DNA from: Blasia pusilla
Lineage: Eukaryota
Reading direction: 5' to 3'
DNA length: 64,000 nucleotides
Assembly (NCBI GenBank): GCA_050084515.1
Contig: CM114271.1
Span: 6,882,001 to 6,946,000, forward strand
The notes under the pieces are model-generated. The model saw nothing but the letters and a program-made list of their open reading frames with translations. It did not search any database and was not told the DNA's origin. How positions within the stretch are numbered: position 1 is the stretch's first letter; each line of letters opens with the position of its first letter. A program made the position numbers and the translations under genes. Of this stretch, positions 13,022 through 25,825 are shown piece after piece.

Positions 13022-16000
13022 AATTGGAACTCTAGTTCCCATTGGATCCATTGTCCTTGCTTTTCTTATGTAGTCCCTTTTAGTCTGAGGAGGAATTAGA
13101 ACTCAAGTCCCAATTATCCCATTTTTTTCTCATGTAAAATTGTACGGCGAAGCATGGCAGAGAAGTGAGCATGGTGAATCAAGGGTTTCTCAACGTGACG
13201 GAGCAAGCAATTAGAACTCTAGTTCCAGAATTTGTGGAGGTGTCGGGGGGGGGAGTTGGCCTCTTTGCAGGAGATGAGATGCGATGTGATGCAAAGTGAG
13301 GATTAGTTTGTGACACTAACATCGTCCTTGCTTTCTTGAGGTAGTCTATTTTGGCATAACATGGCATTCAAACTCAATCTCCAATTGCCCCATCTCTTTC
13401 TCATGTAAACCTCGTGTAGCATAGCATGGGCAAGAAGTGAGCGGGAGAATCACAAGTTTCTTAGAGTTTAGAGGCTTCAAAGGTGTACGACTAGGCGTTA
13501 AGGCGCGAGGCTCCAGCAAGCGAGCTTGCTCGCGGGCATAAGGACTTGGAAAGCTAGTGCTAAGACACTTCAACATAACTTCGAGGTCATCCATCCTAGT
13601 TCTATTCCTCCATAGTGTGCCTAACTGGAGAGTTCTTATGCATGTTGTGTTCCCAACACACCCACAAGGAGGTGATGCCTAGTTGTACCACATAAAGGAA
13701 TTTTCTCACTTTCCTTTATGCTTGTAAGGATGTTTGAGTAGTGATTTTTTTGTGATAGCAACAAAGTAGGTGATACACATTTTTGTTAGCATGTTGGTGA
13801 GTATGCAACACTATCGCGGCTGTTGTAGGAAACTTTGGTGGGATGGATTCATACCACACTAATCAAGGGTGACTAAGTGTGCGGGCTATTTTCTGAGAGT
13901 TTTCTCGAGTGAGATGGGTGGAGATGTGTCCACAGTTTGGGCATAGTCTAGTGCAAATTTAGTGGCTTGGGAGTGAGCTAAACAAGTTTTCATGTTCATT
14001 ACGACGTATCTACAGAGTTCTTGGGACCATGGTAGTGGTAGAAGTGGTAGAGGATTTACAAGGAGTTGGGCTAGGTACTGAGGATTTTCACACGCAAAAC
14101 CACTTCAACCGTCACTTGTATTTTCTCAAGAGGGGACGTTAGTGGATTCTGAGTTACCTAAGAGGCCATGGAGTGTCGTGAGTGTCACCAAACTATTTTT
14201 TATGGGACATATATGATCGCGATACTTATGGATCCACGAGGGCATCCCAAAAATTCTCAAGCATGGTGGAAACCATCGAGTTGGATGATTTTATGGAGGA
14301 GTTTGATAGTTGGTGCGATGCACATAGGATGCAAAACCAGTAGAAATTCAACCTCTTTATGGCGTAGAAGGGACTTTTTTAGCATCCGTATTACTCTCCA
14401 ATGGATGATTGTCATAAGTTTCGCATTCTCCGTGAGATAGAGATTGAGGCACGGAGACTATTATGGTCTCTAAGGTATGTGTTCCTCACTAGGTGTACGA
14501 TGTACAATGTACGATAGTATCCACTATCTACAGGGAGGAGACAGTTGGAGGAGTCATTGACCCAAATCTTCCGATTCGGACCAACTGAATACAACCTACG
14601 TTCAACCCGTTGGTTGAGTTCTTTTGAGAGTTTGGGAGGACCTATGAGGGTGTGAGGACCAAATTTTTTGTACATGACGATTGATGTATGTTGGAAACGA
14701 GATTTATTCGCGCGACAATTGTCATGATAGATAAGACGTAGGGCGAGATAGTATCAAGGTCTTATAGGAGTCTTGTACTTTCCTATTTTGATAGTTTATA
14801 TGTGATCCGCTCTTAAGAGGTGACCTATGAGCACAGGTCACCCTGCCATTTATGAGGAGTTACGACATAGCTTGGAGATGTTGACCCTCTCATCCTTTGT
14901 GCTCGCCTTTTTGTAGAGCCATTTGGGCTTGTAGGGTTGAGGGTTAGTTGGTAGTTGAGTAGTGGTTGGTCTTATGAGAAGACCATATGTGTAATTGTTA
15001 GGGAGTTAGTACCTTGTGTATGATATGTCATTGGTGACCTACTAGAAGGAAGTTATCAATGTGTACAAGTCATCCATGGAACTGCCCAAGGGGTTATACC
15101 TCAGATGAAGCTTATTCAAAACTAATATTCTTTGGGTCAGACCCATTTTAGGATTTGCGATACAATGCAGCTTACATGTATCAAGCATGGATTCTCTTTT
15201 GAAGAGTGGGCTAAAATTGATCGAGATCGCACACATTGAGAGTTTGTGGCAAATTCTATCTACTTGTCTACGAAATCTCCAACCAAATTCAAGGGCCACT
15301 TTGAAAGTTACTCAACATAAGGCTTGACTTTGAAACACTCGTGAACACCGTGCGACGAAACTCAACCAAACCCCATGCTATAATATGCTACTCCTTAGAA
15401 GTACCGTTTTGTTTAAGGTACTTCCATGGATCACTTTAATTTGGTGAAATTATATTCCATATGTCTAATTTTCCCAAAAATATTCTTGCATTCAATGCCT
15501 TATTCATCACCTACCTTCCTCTCAACCCTAACATTTTCTTCTATCTTATATAGAAGATAGAAGAAAACAACCATATTATCTTCGAGGCATCGAGGGACCA
15601 ACCGCAAGCCCAAATGGACTATATGGTTGGGAGGACCATGAAGGCTTGTAATTCAAGTTTGGTCTCATCACCTTAGTATTAGTTGGCCAAAAAGAGGAAG
15701 GAGTTACATACGTATAAGGGGAGATGGATATCAAGTGCCTTGATACATGGGGATATGTTTGGGACGTGACAAGTTCTCAGAGCTAGGTTGGGATTCTAGG
15801 CCACTTTGTAGTTAGAAGAATATACACTAACTTGATACCAAGAGTTTTTTAAGGACCTAAATACTATAGAACTAGATCATGGGATGCTCACATAAAAAAT
15901 GAGGTGATGCTTGACGTCCCATGATCGAACAATCAAATTAAGAATAAAGTTATAGCATATGCAATTTGTAGGCTCTATTACGAGTTTCATTACTCAATTA

Positions 16001-16929
16001 TGGGATATGGTACTGGTAAAATCGACATGTTTGATGCTTTGTTGATCATGTATTTAACTTTGTGGAGGCGTTTCACCCCTCTTCCCCTAAAAGTTGGAAA
16101 GTTGGAAAGTAAGTTGAGGGTTTAGATTGATAAAAAAACCTAATACAAGATAACAAACGATATTACCCTACTCGTCCTTCTGAAAATGTGATAATATTGT
16201 GACTATGTTGGAAAATAAAAGTACTAATAGTCGCATACTTAAGCCAAGATTGTAATGAATTTTAAATTCGTGGGTAAAAATTATGCATATTAAGACCCTC
16301 GAATAAAATTAAGAGAAGATTTGTGGATTATCACAAGTGTTCATTTTCCCCATAGGTCTTAGTGACCCATGATATGTGCCAAGCACTAATATGTAATTTG
16401 TAGATCAAATATAAAAACAAAATTTCATTTTTTTAGAAGGAAGAGTATGGAAACAAGTGTCAATCTCGGGAAGGGTAAAGATAAATGGATAAAATGAAGG
16501 GTCCTCTTTGAATATCATCATACAACAATGGCCAAGTTATGTTATTGATATAAGATAAAATAGGAACATTTGTGATTCATCCAAGTTTTATCCGACAATC
16601 ATCTTTGATTAACTTTTAGATTCCAAACCATATGAGTTTTCCTTAACTTATGTTGGAATCTTGAAGGTGGAGGTTATCATTTGTAACATCTATGCTATTA
16701 TTTTCAACATGACACATATGATAAGACAAATACTAGCATACTTACTATTTACAAACGTTCCTTGAAGTTCGACGATGAGTGTAAAATTTGGATGAAATTT
16801 ATAGTTATTATCATTTTTGCATCCATTAAATTATGAATTTTGGAAGTGGAGGCTTCGGAAGTTTCGATAAAAACTAATCAATTTAGCAAGGGTTGATTTC
16901 ACTATAATAATACTAAGGGCGGGATCTCA

Positions 16930-18346
16930 TGCACCGTTGGGAAAGAGATATTTATGAAAATAATCCGAAATAGGACTAAATTAGTACGAAATATGAACTG
17001 ATGAGGATTGTGGGTCTCGTTTACACACTCATGCCCGACTTTTTATGGCGCATAAATCCTACAATTTCAAGATTCCATGAATGGCCGTTCAAATAATGAC
17101 AACCTCGTCACTTCGAGCGGATAACAACAAAGTTTTTAACATACAACATAGTTTTTTGTTGACGACCTTCTACGATTTTAAGTGCACATGGGAGTCAGTG
17201 GAGCATGCGCCAAAGCGCAACAACATCCACGCACGCTGAATGCTGCCGTTGACTGATACCGCAGAGCAGGTACCGACGCGACAAACGGCTATGGCGAAAG
17301 GAGGCAACGGGCGTGGGCGCGAAAGCGAAATGGACGGACGTCAGGCGGACGGGACGGTCCACGAACCAGGATACATGACCGTTATTTATAACCCCGGCCG
17401 ACTGTGCATTATTAATGGAGACCACGATAGTTACGAAAGCGCAGTGTCTTAAATACGACGCGCCCGATCTTGGGTTTGCTGGCTCTCATCCGTCGATGAC
17501 AATCGCGCTTCGTATATCTAAAGGTGGATAACGAAGCAGATTGGAATCTTATCGCCGTGGTGTTCCTTCGGATACTGCGTAGTCGGTGTTGGAAGTGTAG
17601 CCGATCGTGCAGTGAGTTAATTATTGCACTAACTGGGTGAGGATTATCGTCACTCCTGAATCGGGACCGTGGATTCGAACATCCTACGATGCATGGTAGA
17701 AGCGATCCTCACCACGATCATCCAGTCTCACGGCGTAGTTTTTGTCGCCGAACGCCAGGGAGACGACAACTACGCGTACGCACGGCTGCTCTAGTCCGGC
17801 GGATCCGAAACTGACCTAAACCAGGCCGACTGTAGAGGGGGAGGGTTTCTGTGTGCACCAGGAAAGTACGCGTTACCACTGATTTGGCGCACAGACATGA
17901 CCGAGTTCCTCTCCTCTCCACAATCTTGGGGTTGGCAGTGGAGTGTTGCAAACGTGGTTATCGTTGCACTGTCCTGCTGTATTCATAGCGTTGATCGACT
18001 TGCTGTCTACACATCCACGGTGAAGAAAGGCGCAGTTTTCCACAAAGATGGCGTACCGAGTTCTGTGTCCTTCTCCACCTTTGTGTTTGCTGTTTTTTTT
18101 GGAACGCAGTTGCCGTTGCCTTGTCCTCCTTTAGACTTAGTCCTGGGAGGCGCACCTCTTCCATGGTGCAGAAAAGTAGGTCTTAAGACAGATTTGGTAC
18201 TCCGACCACAATCTTGTGAACGCGGTTGTCGTACTTTCCTCTTTAGCTGAATGATTCCGTTCTTGACTGTAGTCCATAGCGGATGGGGGAGTGGCGTGAG
18301 TTGATTTGGTGACGCGGAACTGTGGATGGATTTACATGGCCGTTAA
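16930..18346. promoter_or_regulatory. Cluster of MSA-core (AACGG/CCGTT, MYB3R-type) motifs upstream of the TPX2-like gene
   Basis: AACGG or CCGTT at ~16933, 17085, 17245, 17284, 17306, 17379, 18112 and 18340. The 17085 site abuts a CHR-like TTTGAA on the minus strand. Confidence 0.5.
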
Positions 18347-18678
18347 CATTGCACAGTTACAGGAGGCGGGACCCGCGATCGAACACTTCGGCCCCGCCTT
18401 TCTGCACGCATCTCACTTCCAAATTCTTATGCAAGAAAGAAAACGTACATGAATCAATCGTCTGCGAGTCGAGCCGTCGGGTGTTTTGCGCTGCTCGACT
18501 GGGACCGGATTGGAGTTTTCGCGTACGCGTGCTGATAGCGGAGATGCACCAGACGAATGTCATGATCGTGTCTGTCCGCGGCGATATTTTGTAGTAATTT
18601 CTGTTGAATGTTATGACCTGTGGTGTTCGCTTTCAGAAGTTCGGGTTCGAAGCTTGAATCATACGTAGAGCCGACTCG

Positions 18679-21600
18679 ATGGAGGTGCCTGAGCTGAACT
18701 TGAGCGAATGCGAGAGTGTATTTGTGAGAGACGAGTTCTACGAGAGTATCCAAGCTCCCAAATTTCACGATTTCTGCTCTTCAGAAGAGCCGGGTGGCGA
18801 CCTCGATGCCTACTTCTACAGGCTTGGTACGCTCACTGTCATGCACTCGTTGGTATCTTTGTTCGAGTCTGTTCTGGTCCGAAAATTTTGAATCTAAGCC
18901 CTGCTTTGATCACGACGGAGTTTGAAAATGACTCGCGCCTTTTTCTTCTTCCGAGAAACTCGGACACACTTCTAATCTTCGGTTTATCATTCTTCGATGG
19001 CTCTACAACCGCTCATGTGTTCGCGCAGGGAATAAGTATGCACATCCATTTGACCATCGCTCGAAGCGCATCCCGATGTCACTAAAGTCACCACCGTTGC
19101 CATTCCAGAGACGCTCAGCTGGTGCTCATGACTGCCAGAGGATGGGGAATGTATTGTGATGTCCTGTCGAGAACATACGGTCATATCGTCTAGTAGCAAA
19201 GGTCTGGAAGACATTGCGAGCAGGACTGAGGGCTAAAGGGATTGTCTTTGTGATCTTGCAGTTGGAGCAAACAAGAACACTAAGCAATTTGAAGAACCGA
19301 AGTTTGATTCAAACGTCTCTAAAGTATCAAAGGTGACACTCGATGCCCTCGCTCCACATTTTCTCTCCATTTGTAATGGCGACTCAGAGCTGTGGCGCAA
19401 AAAGTCTTGCTAGCCAGATGATCATCCGACGTTAGGCTTTCCTGCGCCTTCACAATTCCAATAGTTGATAGTTTGTATCCTCTTTCTTTGACACCGCGAT
19501 ACGAGAACAACAAGAATGAATGCTAAGACCCTTTTATTTTGTCCTACAGAAATAACATCCCGCTCTCCAATTTCCATGCAGGATTTTGTCATCCCCAAAG
19601 CGGCGGAGATTCAAAGCTGTAATGTAGCCCCAAAGGCCGTTACCGCAGATGCTCATTCCACTGTGCAGAAGGCCAGGTCTCTTAATGTTGTCTCTATGCC
19701 ATATACTCTCAAAGTCGTAGTTACCACTTGCTTCTTCTGCTCGTTTTGTGTTTGCTCCGAGGATTTTGGTGGTTAGTACTGTCTGACTGATCCCAAATTC
19801 TGGGGCAGGTTGAAACTGTTTAAGTCACTGCATGTCTTTTACCTTTCCTAGTGGTGGAAACCCGCCTTGGCAAGTATATTGCTGCGAGCTAACCTGACAG
19901 GAGAAGTCTGGGTTAGTTCTGACGTTCGCACGTCAGAACGATAACTTTCAAAGCTGGTGAGTGACTCAAAAATCCTGAAGTGAAACGTAAGATAGACAGG
20001 CGTGAGCTCCTCCTAACAACCAGTGTACTGTACTCTTCCTGGCAGTGTCTATGGGAGCAAGAAGGTAAAGCCTACCGTTTACTCGTTGACATCTCTAACA
20101 AAGAGCCAGGACAAGCCACCTAGGAGTAAGCCATTCCTCAAGGCGAGTGGGCTCTCTAACACATTGCTGTCATCTCCAACTGTGGAAACAAAGTCTAATG
20201 ATCTTTCATACCAGTCGTCGTCAACCAAGTTTCATCAATCCTCAGAGAATGAAGATCCGAATGCTGCTGTTCATGCTAAGAAGAAGGGCGCCCATAGCAG
20301 TGGTTTGAAATCCGACGAATCTTTATCTCCAACCGCAATATCAAGTTTGAGCGCTGTACACGGTTCAAGACTTTCCGGGATTGTGCCGGATGACACGAGT
20401 AAGTGCGAGATTGGCGCCAATTCAACAGCAGCGGTCAGACTGTTGAAGGACAGAGCTGTTTCCACCTGCGAAGGAGGCGGCATTGCAATGCCGGTGGACC
20501 TATCTGAGTTGAGGGACAGGAAGCGCAAGCCCTGTGGAAGAAATGGAGACGCAGGAACTCCGAAGCTTTTGGAATCGAAGGTCTCACTGAAAAGCAGGGT
20601 ATGTAAACAGCAGAGAAAAAGTTCCGGATCTGCGGAGCATGATAACTGTTTGGAGTTCACAGAACCTGAAACAACGAAATCAAAGATTGGTAGTAAACTC
20701 AAGAGCGAATCATCTACTGTCTCTAGATTGTCATCCATAGCATCATCTTCTCAAGCAAAATCTCGTCGAAGAAGTGACCAAAGTCGTCGTCGGAAACCCG
20801 CAAGTGGTGGTATTCCTAAACCTGGCAGAAGAGAAGTGACTACGGGTGCTGTACCAAGTTGGAATGGAGATTTACCACCGTCCTCTGTTCACTCGCAATC
20901 TTGTACCGAACAAACAGATCCTTCTTCGAGGGCTATCAGAGAAATGCAGCTTCCTTCATTGTTGTCAGAGTCCTCTCCCTCACTGGATGCCTCTGTCAAA
21001 ACGAAGCAAGCCACAGATGTTTCTGAGGAGAAACTGGGAGCTGTGAGTCAGGATCATGGCAACTTGTCACGGTCTAAGTTGATCCAAGGAGACGAAGGTA
21101 CGATTTCGACGCCAGTCCCGAAGTTCCAGATCTGCCATAGTGAGCCACAAATTCCTGACCAAAGTTTAGCTGACAACTTGTTAGAGAAACTACAAAGTCT
21201 TCGGCTCCAGCAAGGGGGCGAAGACTTAGCGCAGCCACTCCAAGAGAAATACACTGCGACGGGTGAATCATTGGAACTTGCAAACGTTGGGCGTGACAAC
21301 ACTCCCCGCGCGGACGACTCAGTAATCACACCTTCCATAAATCATGTGAACGAGTTCGATCAGCGTTCCAGGGCTGAGGTTTCGCAAGCGCATTCAGAGG
21401 AAGCGAGACCAACGATTGAGGGAAGAGGAGTAGCAGTCCAACAGTTACGTTACGAACCAGTGAGTGAATGCAGTGATGAATCGTCTAACGTCGAAGTTTC
21501 TACCGAAGGTCCTGTTCCTGAAGTGTTTGGAGAGAAACTCACGTCCGAGGGTCTCTGTACAGACCTGGAAAACAGATTGCCATCCTTAACCAGTTCAGAA

Positions 21601-24442
21601 TCGACTAGAAGTAAGACTTCTGAACCCAGGATGAACGAGGTAGACCAAGATGGCCTCCTAGAGGATTTGCAGAATCTCAAACTTCAGCCAGCATGTAGAT
21701 CGCATTTGTTGGACGACTGCCAGGAATATTCAGATCTCAGTGGCTCCGACATGGGTAACCGGGTAGCATCCGAAGTTCAAATGGCTCTAGACACTGAAGT
21801 TTCTGCAGGTGGAGATATGATTCTTGGAGAACGGATCGCTCCAGACGTGAACAGTGATGTTCCGCTACTCTCGGAAGCCTCCAGTAATAAGCCTTCAGCT
21901 ACGGATTATGAGTCGTTGGGTAGTGGACAACTGTCAGAAAGCGAAAACCAAGCAACGACAGAAGATTCTGCTAAACCAGAGTCTCAGGGGGTCTCTCCCA
22001 CGAGGCAAGAGGTGCACGACGATGTCAGAGATTTCGAGAAATCGAAGGGCACTCTGGCTCCCCATTTTACGTCGAATAAAAAGAGGTATGCGTGGTGGAT
22101 TCGAAGCTTCTTATCTTTATGCGGATTGCTGCATCTCTTTCCTGACTTTTGCTTTCTTCAAATCCTTGACGAGACTGCTTAAGCTCATTGTCAACATCTG
22201 CTTGTACTTTACCTTTTCTAATGGCAGGAATTGCTTACGGCCTTCCTAGAGAGTCATGAACAGACCAGAATTAACTGTTGTCAATAAGCAGGCACCCTAG
22301 TTTCTCCTCCTCTAGCCTCTCTCGTTTTCTTGTCAAGTTGGAAACTGCTCTCACACGAGGAGACATTCTATGGTCTATGGCAGGAAAAGTATCGAGCCAG
22401 CGGCACACCGAATTGAATCAAGGAGACCCACTTTCAACGTTAATTTGAACGGCGACGACAATCGTAAGGTATGGAAGGTTTGCCAAGTCAAAACTGTAGA
22501 GTTGAATGCTTGGGATTTGTCTTCATTGTGTTGGGGATTGACATGATACATGCAAGTAAGGGCGAATCGTGACTTTGATTCACAGGTTTGAGGGTGACTT
22601 CAATACGACCCGGGGATCATTTGCAAAGTTTAAAGTTGTGTTAGCTATTCTGATGGTTTGTAGTAATGCCCGGCACTTCCAGCATCTTCATATGGTGACT
22701 TGAAAGCTCTTGTCTCCCTTTTGTTAATGAAAATGACCTGCAATCGGTTACTAACGAAAATTCTCGATTCTACAGACAAAGGGTTCTTCGACGTCTTCAA
22801 GCAATTTACTACTTCCACTGTGCTCTTCAGCTGTGAGGGTACCGACAGCAACTTCTGATTCGATGTGCTCCTCCGCAATGAGAGTTCCGATAGTAACCTC
22901 CGTACATCACAAAAAGGCGAAGACGACGTGTCCGCAACCTTTCCGGCTGAGAACGGAGGTAATCAACACCTCACGAAAGTGACAACGAATCAAAACGACT
23001 CAGCCGTTGATCACTCTCGATTGCTCGTCACTTGTTGTGGGATCGGCCTGACGAGTGGAGTCTGAATTGATTCGCTTGATACCCAATATTTGTTCTCAAG
23101 ACTTGTGATGGTAATACTGCAGGAGAGAGGAGCATTGAAAGAGGTTGAATTCAACAAGAAAGTTGAGCAGTACTTATCAGCGAAAGACAAGATCCAAAGC
23201 GCTCCTCTTGCAGCTGGCAGAGTGAAAAATCATCGGGTATGTGAGTGATTGAGACGCATAGTGGTAATTATTGATCATCGTTTGTTTTCAAGTACAAATT
23301 ATCGCTTTCTCACTAACCATACTCTCCATTGGGCTGCGCTTAAATTCCAGAGGATGGTGAAGCAACCAAGAATTACTTCCAGGGAGATAAAACCAATTGC
23401 GCACCCAATGCAAAACAGTCAGGCCCGAGCAGCTGAGCGTGCGCAGTTTAACGTGCAGGTACATGTGTCGTAAGTGTATGCCCGTCTCTAAATAATTTGA
23501 TGATTATGTGTTTCCGAAGGCGCGTGTTATGTAAATGACCTTTCCAACCTTTAACCTTTATTTATCCAAGTACATCTCGGTGATGGATCTTAACGAGATT
23601 CCTTTTTCTGTAAAGAAAAACGTTGACTTAGTGAGCTCTATTTGCGGACTAGAGGGCCGGATGTTGCTATGAAATGAGATTTCGACACTCTCTGTGAATT
23701 GTTGACTTTAGCTGGTAGTATTTGAAATGTTCTTCGAGTACCTAATCAGATCTACTGCCTCTGTGTTTTATACATTTGGGGCGTTCTAGGTGAATGAGAA
23801 AGTGATGCGTGCGGATGAGGAAAAGCAAGAGAAAGAAAGACGTCACCAGGTAGCATAAATCTTAGAGTTTTTGCGTATTTACAAGTCAGAATTCTAATCG
23901 GGTGATCCGTAGGATGTGATATCGAGTGTGCATCCTTCAAAGACGTCGTAACCTGCTCTGTAGTGTCTGTGTGGCTTTTGGTGTTCCAAACTTGGGACTA
24001 CCCAAGGAACCCCAACCCCTCCCACAGGGTCGAGCAGATCGTGGATTTGTGAAGGTGGGCTTCCGTTGGGTGTGCTGTTTGGGATTTCTAAGGTAGATAA
24101 GCTGCTAATCCTTCGTCATTTGCTGTCCTGTATGGAACTCAGCATGACGAAGAAGAAGAAATCAAGAAATTGCGAAAGCAAATGGTGCCACATGCTCACA
24201 AAATGCCGTTCTTTGATAGACCCTTCAAACCTCACAGGTAAACACCACTTAAACAAGTAATGACTACCCATTGTTTTAAGTAGACAGAGCAAGCACGTAT
24301 CTTCCGTCCAGCATGCGGGAACTTATCTCCCCTGGGGGGCCATCTTTGCAGGTCTACCAAGTCGCTCACTGTACCCAGCTCGCCTAAGTTTCATTCATTG
24401 AAGGGAAAGAAGGCATACGCACCGTCAAGTATCCAAGAGTGA
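18679..24442 (+). CDS. TPX2-like (TPXL) microtubule-associated protein with N-terminal Aurora-binding motif and C-terminal TPX2 domain; about 12 coding exons
   Basis: Exon 1 (18679-18826) encodes DEFYESIQAPKFHDF. A 2040-nt low-complexity exon spans 20046-22085. Later GT-AG exons encode KTTCPQPFRLRTE|ERGALKE, ARAAERAQFN, EEEEIKKLRKQMVPHAHKMPFFDRPFKPHR and STKSLTVPSSPKF. Stop TGA at 24440-24442. The small exons at 19029-19680 are less certain. Confidence 0.9.
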
Positions 24443-25825
24443 CCTTCACTGGTGCAGCTGTAAAGCGGCCCAGTATCTTGGTGGAGCGATATGTACGTGA
24501 TGAGGGGGATAGCTGCCAACGGCCGTCACTTATCCCCTTAATTTTTTCAGAACCCAGAGATGTGTCTCGACAGGTTTAGTAATGATTTTGTACAGATTAT
24601 AGGGAGCATTACAGTCGAAGCCATTCAAAACTCGATAGCGTTCGTAGTTTTGCTCGAATGTATGTTTGTAGCTCGCACATACATCATACTTCTGGGTACA
24701 GAGCCTTACAGTGTCTTGAGAACGAATTTGATTACGGAATTTTGACTGTAAATATAAAGCAAACTGAGAGTCCTTCAGAAACGTGCCCTACTTTTTCGTC
24801 CTGGTTCAATCCTTTCAGTCCTAGCGAGTTTGTTTTCAAAATTTGTTTCCAAAATAAGAGAAGATCGGAAATGAGGGAGGGTACTATTTTTTTTCCCAGT
24901 TCCGATCTTTTTATATTAGTTATCAATATGTAAAATTATTAGGAAAACTTAAACGTGATGATTTTACCTTCTAATTAATTATGTGCAATTTGTTAATATT
25001 AATATCATGCAGTAAGGTAGAAGTGCAAGACTAGATCTAGACTGCTTTACCCTTTGACCTCATTTACTGCATGGTTTTATGTTGCATGATGGTGGTTCAC
25101 ATCCCCTTGGTCGTGGGACTCGTTGACCTGCTTCCATTACTTGATGGAATATGGGGAAACCCATGAACTTTGCACCCCTGTTTTAGAGGCCACTGCCACA
25201 TGGATACGACACTTATGGGTTTGTATGTGATCGTTTTAGCAAGCGATAACTCTCTTTTAAAAAGCGATGATGGTTTCTTGACAAGGCAAGAAACCATCAT
25301 CATGGAGAAGTTTAGCACCTATTATCGTCAAATGCAAAGTTAGACCGAGCATGTTAACTACGCCCCATAGCAAAGTTTACAAAACTACATTTAGAGTGAC
25401 CCAGCCGATGGTTAAAGCAATTTAGCACATCTCGAATTTCTTATAACTCAACTTGCCAATTTGCCAAGTTTACAACCATTTGCAGTTTCCACTGCCTCAC
25501 GTCTCTATAGACTCTATCTATACATGTGCAACGAAGCAAAAATCCCATGAGTGTCAGCCACGTAAAAATTGATAGGTATTTGGCCATCAACAGGCCTGCG
25601 CTAGAAGTGGTGGCTGAGCATAGCAAACAATAGTCTTATAAAAACTGTGAAGAAAATGATAACCAACATCAGAGAAAAGTCAATTAATGGTTGATGAAAG
25701 AATATAACTGGAAACCGAGAATGTGCACTAAACCCTGCAGGGAAGAAACAAAATCTAATATCTCAAAAGGAATGAAATAAACTATCGTGTGACAAGGGCC
25801 TGTACATGCCAAACATCAAATCTAC

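Larger units (their letters stand above)
11200..13390. repeat. Dispersed array of a ~22-bp palindromic motif, consensus AATTGGAACTCAAGTTCCAATT
   Basis: At least 12 degenerate copies, e.g. 11554, 11649, 11749, 11866, 11945, 12198, 12259, 13021, 13094, 13209. Spacing is mostly about 60-120 bp. Confidence 0.75.
1750..15300. mobile_element. Nested cluster of degenerate LTR retrotransposon sequence (mainly Ty3/gypsy)
   Basis: No long ORFs. Diverged internal duplications: ~1790-2200 / 10620-10990 / 15070-15240; ~2700-3380 / 13480-14190; ~10380-10620 / 14720-15070. LTR-like fragments and a decayed pol are present. Boundaries are approximate. Confidence 0.8.

Noticed and set aside
11200-13390. CRISPR-like repeat-spacer array
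   Set aside because: Eukaryotic transposon context, degenerate repeats, irregular and partly related spacers, and no cas genes.
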